Shown piece after piece: positions 57,214 through 64,000 of a stretch of DNA of 64,000 nucleotides. This DNA comes from the human T2T-CHM13v2.0 reference genome, Homo sapiens. Position 1 is the stretch's first letter. Each line of letters opens with the position of its first letter. The position numbers were made by a program, and so were the translations under genes. Below the pieces are notes generated by a model that searched no databases, had not been told where the DNA came from, and saw only the letters and a list, made by a program, of their open reading frames with translations. The stretch lies in NCBI RefSeq assembly GCF_009914755.1, contig NC_060927.1; one strand, written 5' to 3'.

Positions 57214-58807
57214 TGAGAGGTGACAGCATGCTGGCAGTCCTCACAGCCCTCGCTCACTCTCGGCGCCTCCTCTGCCTGGGCTCCCACTTTGGCAGCACTT
57301 GAGGAGCCCTTCAGCCCGCCGCTGCACTGTGGGAGCCCCTTTCTTGGCTGGCCAAGGCCGGAGCCGGCTCTCTCAGCTTGCGGGGAAGTGTGGAGGGAGA
57401 GGCGCGAGCGGGAACCAGGGCTGCATGTGGCACTTGCGGGCCAGCTGGAGTTCCAGGTGGGCATGGGCTTGGCAGGCCCCACACTCAGAGCAGCCGGCTG
57501 GCCCTGCCAGCCCCGGGCAATGAGGGGCTTAGCACCCAGGCCAGCGGCTGCGGAGGGTGTACTGGGTCCCCCAGCAGTGCCGGCCCACTGGCACTGCGCT
57601 CGATTTCTCGCCGGGCCTTAGCTGCCTTCCTGTGGGGCAGGGCTCAGGACCTGCAGCCTGCCATGCCAGAGCCTCCGCTCCCCCCACCCACCGCTGTGGG
57701 CTCCTGTTCAGTCCGAGCCTCCCCAACAAGTGTCCCCTGCTCCATGGCGACCAGTCCCATCGACCACCCAAGGACTGAGGAGTGTGGGTGCACGGTGCGG
57801 GACTGGCAGGCAGCTCCACCTGCAGCCCCTGTGCGAGATCCACTGGGTGAAGCCAGCTGGGCTCCTGAGTCTGGTGGGAACTTGGAGAATCTTTACGTCT
57901 AGGTCAGGGATTGTAAATACACCAATCGGCACTCTGTATCTAGCTCAAGGTTTGTAAATACACCAATCAGCACCCTGTGTCTAGCTTAGGGTTTGTGACT
58001 GCACCAATCGACACTCTGTATCTAGCTACTCTGGTGGGGCCTTGGGGAACCTTTATGTCTAGCTCAGGGGTTGTAAATACACCAATTGGCACTTTGTATC
58101 TAGCTCAAGGTTTGTAAACACACCAATCAGCACCCTGTGTCTAGCTTAGGGTTTGTGAATACACCAACTGACACTCTGTATCTAGCTACTCTGGTGGGGA
58201 CTTGGAGAACCTTTGTGTTGACACTGTATCTAGCTAATCTGGTGGGGACGTGGAAAACCTTTGTGTCTAGCTCAGGGATTGTAAATGCACCAATCACTGC
58301 CCTGTCAAAACAGACCACTCGGCTCTACCAATCAGGAGGATGTGGGTGGGGCCAGATAAGAGAATAAAAGCAGGCTGCCCAAGCCAGCAGTGGCAACCCA
58401 CTCGGGTCCCCTTCCACACTGTGGAAGCTTTGTGCTTTTGCTCTTTGCAATAAATCTTGCTACTGCTCACTCTTTGGGTCTACACTGCCTTTATGAGCTG
58501 TAACACTCACCGTGAAGGTCTGCAGCTTCACTCCTGAAGCCAGCGAGACCACGAGCCCACCAGGAGGAACAGACAACTCCAGACGCACCGCCTTAAGAGC
58601 TTAACACTCACCTCGAAGGTCTGCAGCTTCACTCCTGAGCCAGCGAGTCCACGAACCCACCAGAAGGAAGAAACTCCAAACACATCTGAACATCAGAAGG
58701 AACAAACTCCAGACACGCCGCCTTTAAGAACTGTAACACTCACCGTGAGGGTCTGTGGCTTCATTCTTGAAGTCAGTGACACCAAGAACCCACCAATTCT
58801 GGACACA
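57214..58807 (+). mobile_element. LTR12C (ERV9) solo LTR
   Basis: tgagaggtgacagc...ccaattctggacaca; TSD TTAA (57210-57213, 58808-58811); tandem caccaatc/tatctagct U3 repeats; AATAAA at 58449. Confidence 0.95.
57890..58380 (+). promoter_or_regulatory. LTR12C U3 enhancer/promoter: CCAAT (NF-Y) and GATA tandem repeats with AATAAAA TATA-like box
   Basis: At least eight ccaat/ccaac boxes, repeated tatcta, and gataagagaataaaagcaggctg; established ERV9 LTR promoter architecture. Confidence 0.75.
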
Positions 58808-59393
58808 TTAATTTTGTTATTTACCCTGTAGTCATTCAGGAGCAGGTTGTTCAGTTTCCATGTAGTTGTGTGGTTTTGAGTGAGTTTCTTAATCCTTAGT
58901 TCTAATTTGATTGCACTGTGACCCGAGAGACTGTTTGTTATGATTTCCATTCTTTTGCATTTGCTGAGGAGTGTTTTATACCCAATTATGTGGTCAATTT
59001 TAGAATAAGTGCGATGTGGTGCTGAGAAGAATGTATATTCTGTTGATTTGGGGTGGAGAGTTCTGTAGATGTCTTTTAGGTTCATTAGGTCTAGAGCTGA
59101 GTTCAAGTCTTGAATATCCTTGTTAATTTTCTGACTCATTAATCTGTCTTATATTGACAGAGGGGTGTTAAAATCTCCCATTATTATTGCGTAGGAGTCT
59201 AAGTCTCTTTGTAGATCTCTAAGAATTTGCTTCATGAATCTGAGTGCTCCTGTATTAGGTGCATATATATTTAGGATAGTTAGCTCTTCTTGTTGCATTG
59301 ATCCCTTTACCATTATGTAATGCCCTTCTTTGTCTTCTTTGATCTTTGTTGGTTTAAAGTCTGTTTTATCAGAGACTAGGATTGCAACCTCTG

Positions 59394-59430
<37 letters not shown>

Positions 59431-60504
59431 TTCCATTTGATTGGTAAATCTTCCTCCATCCCTTTATTTTGAGCCTATGTGTGTCTCTGCACGTGAGATG
59501 GGTCTCCTGAATACAGCACATTGATGGGTCTTGGCTCTTTATCCAATTTTCCAGTCTGTGTCCCTTAATTGGGGCATTTAGCTCATTTACATTTAAGATT
59601 AATATTGTTATGTGTGAATTTGATCCTGTCATTATGATGCTAGCTGGTTATTTTGCCCATTAGTTGATAAAGTTTCTTCATAGTGTGGATGGTATTTACA
59701 TTTTGGTTTGTTTTTGCAGTGGCTGGTACTGGTTTTTCCTTTCCATATTTGGTGCTTCCTTCAGGAGCTCTTGTAGGGCAGGCCTGGTGGTGACAAAATC
59801 CCTTAGCATTTGCTTGTCTGTAATGGATGTTATTTCTTCTTCACTTATGAAGCTTAGTTTGGCTGAATATGAAATTGTGGGTTGAAAATTCTTTTCTTTA
59901 AGAATGTTGAATATTAGCCCCCACTCTTTCCTGGCTTGTAGGGTTTCTGCTGAGAGATCAGCTATTAGTCTGATGGGCTTCCCTTTGTGGGTAACCCGAT
60001 CTTTCTCTCTGGTTGTCCTTAACATTTTTTCCTTCATTTCAACCTTGGTGAGTCTGACGGTTATGTGTCTTGGGGTTGCTCTACTTGAGGATTATCTTTG
60101 TGGTGTTCTCTGTATTTCCTGAATTTGAACATTGGTCTGTCTTTCTAGGTTGGGGAAGTTCTCCTGGATAATATCTTGAAGTGTGTTTTCCAACTTGGTT
60201 CCATTCTCCCCGTCACTTTCAGCTACACCAACCAAATGTAGGTTTGGTCTTTTCACATAGTCCCATATTTCTTGGAGACTTTGTTCATTCTTTTCATTCT
60301 TTTTTTCTCTAATCTTGTCTTCACACATTATTGCATTAAGTTGATCTACAGTCTCTGATATCGTTTCTTCTGCTTGATTGATTGGGCTATTGATACTTAT
60401 GTATGTTTCACAAAGTTCTTATGCTGTGTTTTTCAGCTCCATCATGTCATTTATGTTCTTCTCTAAACTGGTTATTCTAGTTAGCTATAATATTTGAACA
60501 TGTT

Positions 60505-60728
60505 AAGATACTCAGTTCCTGGTCTACAGATAGTCTTCTCATGGTATGCTCACATGATGAAAAAAGAGCTGGAAAACTCTTGGCGTCCCTTTTATAATCC
60601 CACTCACAATGGTTCCACCTACATGACCTAACTACCTCTCAAAGGCCAAACTTGCTAATACTCTCCTATTGAGGGTTAGGATCTCAACATATAAATTTTG
60701 GGGGGACACAAACATTCAGTCCATAACT
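60505..60728 (-). mobile_element. MLT1A-like LTR fragment
   Basis: gggttaggatctcaacatataaattttggggggacacaaacattcagtccataac. Confidence 0.75.
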
Positions 60729-60734
60729 AGCACA

Positions 60735-61080
60735 TTGTCACTTTTGTCTTGTTGTCTCTTGGGTAATTTATTCAGAGTAAAGGCAGCAAGCATTTAAGGA
60801 GCATACTTAAGCAGTCTAATAGTGATGTCCACATAATGAAGAACTGAGGCCTCTTGCAATCAACCAGCACCAGCTTGCCGGCTATGTTGCTGAGACCCCT
60901 AGTTAAGACATTAGATAACTATGCCCCGGCCAGCACCTTTACTGCAACTGCAAACTGGATCCACCCATCTAATCTGCTCCTAAATTCTTCACTTCTAGAA
61001 ACTAAGAGAACAAAGGTTTACTGTTACCTTAAACCATTAAATTTAACATAATGGTTATATAGCATCAGATAATTAATACA
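60735..61080 (+). mobile_element. MLT1E/F-like LTR fragment
   Basis: gaactgaggcctc...caaccagcaccagcttgcc...atagcatcagataattaataca. Confidence 0.65.
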
Positions 61081-61534
61081 GCTTATTTTATCACATGAGA
61101 AAAATAATTAACATGTGTTAAATAATTATGTGTTTTGAAGGATAACAAAGAAATATGTGTACTATAAAGACTTTAGGATGCCACCTTTTTGTTTATGTCC
61201 AGGATATAAAAACAATAATAAAAAAAAAACTACTGGATTCTTAAATTTTGGAACATTCTTATCTAAAAATGATATGTTTTTAAATGTTCAGTTTCTGCAA
61301 CAATTGTGGAAGAATCAACTGTTACATTGGCAATGTTAATCACTTGCTTTGAACTGTAGTGAGACTACACAACCTGTATTTTTGAAAGTACTGAAGTAGA
61401 TCTCTTAGGTAGTCGAAGGAACGGATGAAATGGCACTGAGGAGCAATATTACTTTCCATAAGAGTTGAGATTGATTTCAGCAAGACTCTGTGAGTAAAAT
61501 ATTAAGATTTGATTTCTACTCAGTTATGTTCTTT

Positions 61535-62007
<473 letters not shown>

Positions 62008-62544
62008 TGACTATTGCTTATAATGAAGTGAGATTCTGCAAAAATTTTTCTCCCTACTGAAATGGGCCGTGTCTCTGCAATAAGGGAGAATAATGTATAT
62101 ATATTTTCTGTTTAAAAAAACTGTTTAGAAATCACATTGGTCTATTTTTTTCACATTTCCATAAATAAGTAAGAAGAGACTCCTCCTTAGTGTCCCAAAT
62201 GAGTAAAAAAGTTACAACAGAATGTCTTATGGAAAGCGTTAGAGGGGTCAGAATGTCCTCCTTTCTTTCCCACTTCCTGTCAGATGTTAGGCACATCGTA
62301 GTCAATCCCTTTGGCATGCATTTCCACCTCTGTATCTCTATATGGCAGGTGTTTTGTAAAGAATCTCACTTTAGGTGGGCAGGGGAGGAAAGGCAGGGAT
62401 AAACAGATCTGATAATAATGGCTATTGCTTAGTTTTTTGTTTATAAAGAGAGAATTAAAATCTTCCTAACTAGTCTCTGTGTCATTGTGTATCTTTGATT
62501 TCTGTCAGAGTGAAAGAAAACATAAAACAGTACTGTTTTCCATC

Positions 62545-62850
<306 letters not shown>

Positions 62851-63039
62851 TCAGAGATAGGAGGTTATGCATCCGATAATTCATTTCTGTTGGCCTCCTC
62901 TTTAAAATGCAAATATGTATTTCATTGATTAGCTCTAATAGTAACTTATAATCTGCCTAAATTACTTTGATTAGGATACGAGTATATACTCCTCTCTGTA
63001 CATACCTAGTTAACAGAGAAAAGATAGAACTTTTTTCTG

Positions 63040-63330
63040 TAGGGGTTATAAGGTAATTTGGACTAGGTGTGGCATTGTGGGTAAGGAAGGTGAGTGAGCT
63101 GTCTCACTGGATGTTTCAGGATAGCCACAGTCTGCATGAAGGATGGTGAACATTAGGATGTTAGAGATGAGAGGAGAGAAGTCCCCAAGTTTGAGAGGAG
63201 TAAGCAGAATAAAGTTAATCAAGTATGAAAAGGTCAAAAACTGTGTCTGAGGTTCGGGTGGTAGTAATTGCTATAAAAGATTTTAGAAGATGGGGCATAA
63301 ATTTTTATTGAATCTTGTCCTTGGGTCCCT
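63040..63330 (-). mobile_element. L2 fragment
   Basis: Purine-rich degenerate L2-like antisense sequence (aaggaaggtgagtgagctg; ttgaatcttgtccttgggtcc). Confidence 0.4.
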
Positions 63331-64000
63331 GAGAATATAAAAGAGGGACTGTCCTTTGGTTTTTCCAATTTTTCTTTCCCTGTTAGCTCTCAGAATGGTC
63401 AGAATGTGGATACTCAAAATCAAAGACATTTTCAAAGTAGTTTTCCATTAGTTCAGGCCTAGATGGATGAAGTTTTAATGACATTTGAAATATAGTTTAT
63501 ACCTGCATTTGGAGTGTTCTCAGGAATCAAAGGGATAAATAGATAAGAAGCCAGGAGAGAGAATCTTGAAGTTGAAAACTGCCCAAGTCCAGGCCACACT
63601 GGGGGCTAATATGACTATCAAAGCAAATTTTTTGCTAGTGTGATTTCAAAACTGGTCTTAAAAGCTCTTGTTAATGACTCGGTAATTGTTTTAATAGCGC
63701 CTCAGTCAAGTGTGAAGTGTTGTAGCTGACATGTCAGCAATGTATGAAGTATGGCAAAAGTTTCCTCCAGGTATATCTAGAGTATCATTAAGGATTCCTG
63801 CTTACATTCTGGCTTACATAGCAACAAAAATTTATTTACTGTAGCCATAAAACTTTTCTCTGGTTGTCTAAGGAAGTCTCCATTCAAGTTGGCTCTGTGA
63901 GAGGAACGTTGAAAGAATATTTGATGAGCAGCACCTTTCTCTTTTCTGGGCAGCTTCTTCAGTAGGCAATGGAGTTATTTAGTTCAAATTCCCTCTGCTT

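Larger units (their letters stand above)
53951..60485 (-). mobile_element. L1PA7-like LINE-1, 5'-truncated within ORF1, interrupted by LTR12C
   Basis: 3' end ttatactttaagttctgggatacatg; ORF2 start MTGSNSHITILILNVNELNAPIK; [16 protein letters not shown]; ORF1 RVTHKGKPIRLIADLSAETLQAR; frameshifts and stops. Confidence 0.95.

Noticed and set aside
57890-58330. Regularly spaced ~40-bp repeats resembling a repeat-spacer array
   Set aside because: These are the standard LTR12 U3 enhancer repeats.
54165-60328. Active L1
   Set aside because: 5'-truncated, frameshifted and interrupted by LTR12C.
53940-60500. TSD for the L1PA7-like element (acaacattt vs ataatattt)
   Set aside because: Too short, AT-rich and mismatched to support.

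Overview
AT-rich primate (almost certainly human) intronic or intergenic DNA. I found no supportable protein-coding gene, RNA gene or CRISPR array; nearly all listed ORFs derive from L1, Alu, SVA, LTR or simple repeats. The standout is a young minus-strand SVA_F1 retrotransposon (18276-21533): MAST2 exon-1 sequence spliced to SVA, a ~2 kb VNTR, SINE-R, and a 3' transduction carrying an AluSp. It has a 12-bp TSD and sits inside an MLT1A LTR. SVA_F1 is a described family, not a new system. Other notable structures: a ~198-bp locally templated inverted duplication (23010-23873); an internally deleted, 3'-truncated old L1PA that still appears TSD-flanked (43756-46653); an LTR12C solo LTR inside an L1PA7-like element; an LTR1-family LTR nested in an Alu nested in an L1; and a degraded two-LTR ERV1 provirus with PBS and PPT. 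Subfamily names come from my recall of consensus sequences and need RepeatMasker/Dfam confirmation; boundaries of old elements are approximate.
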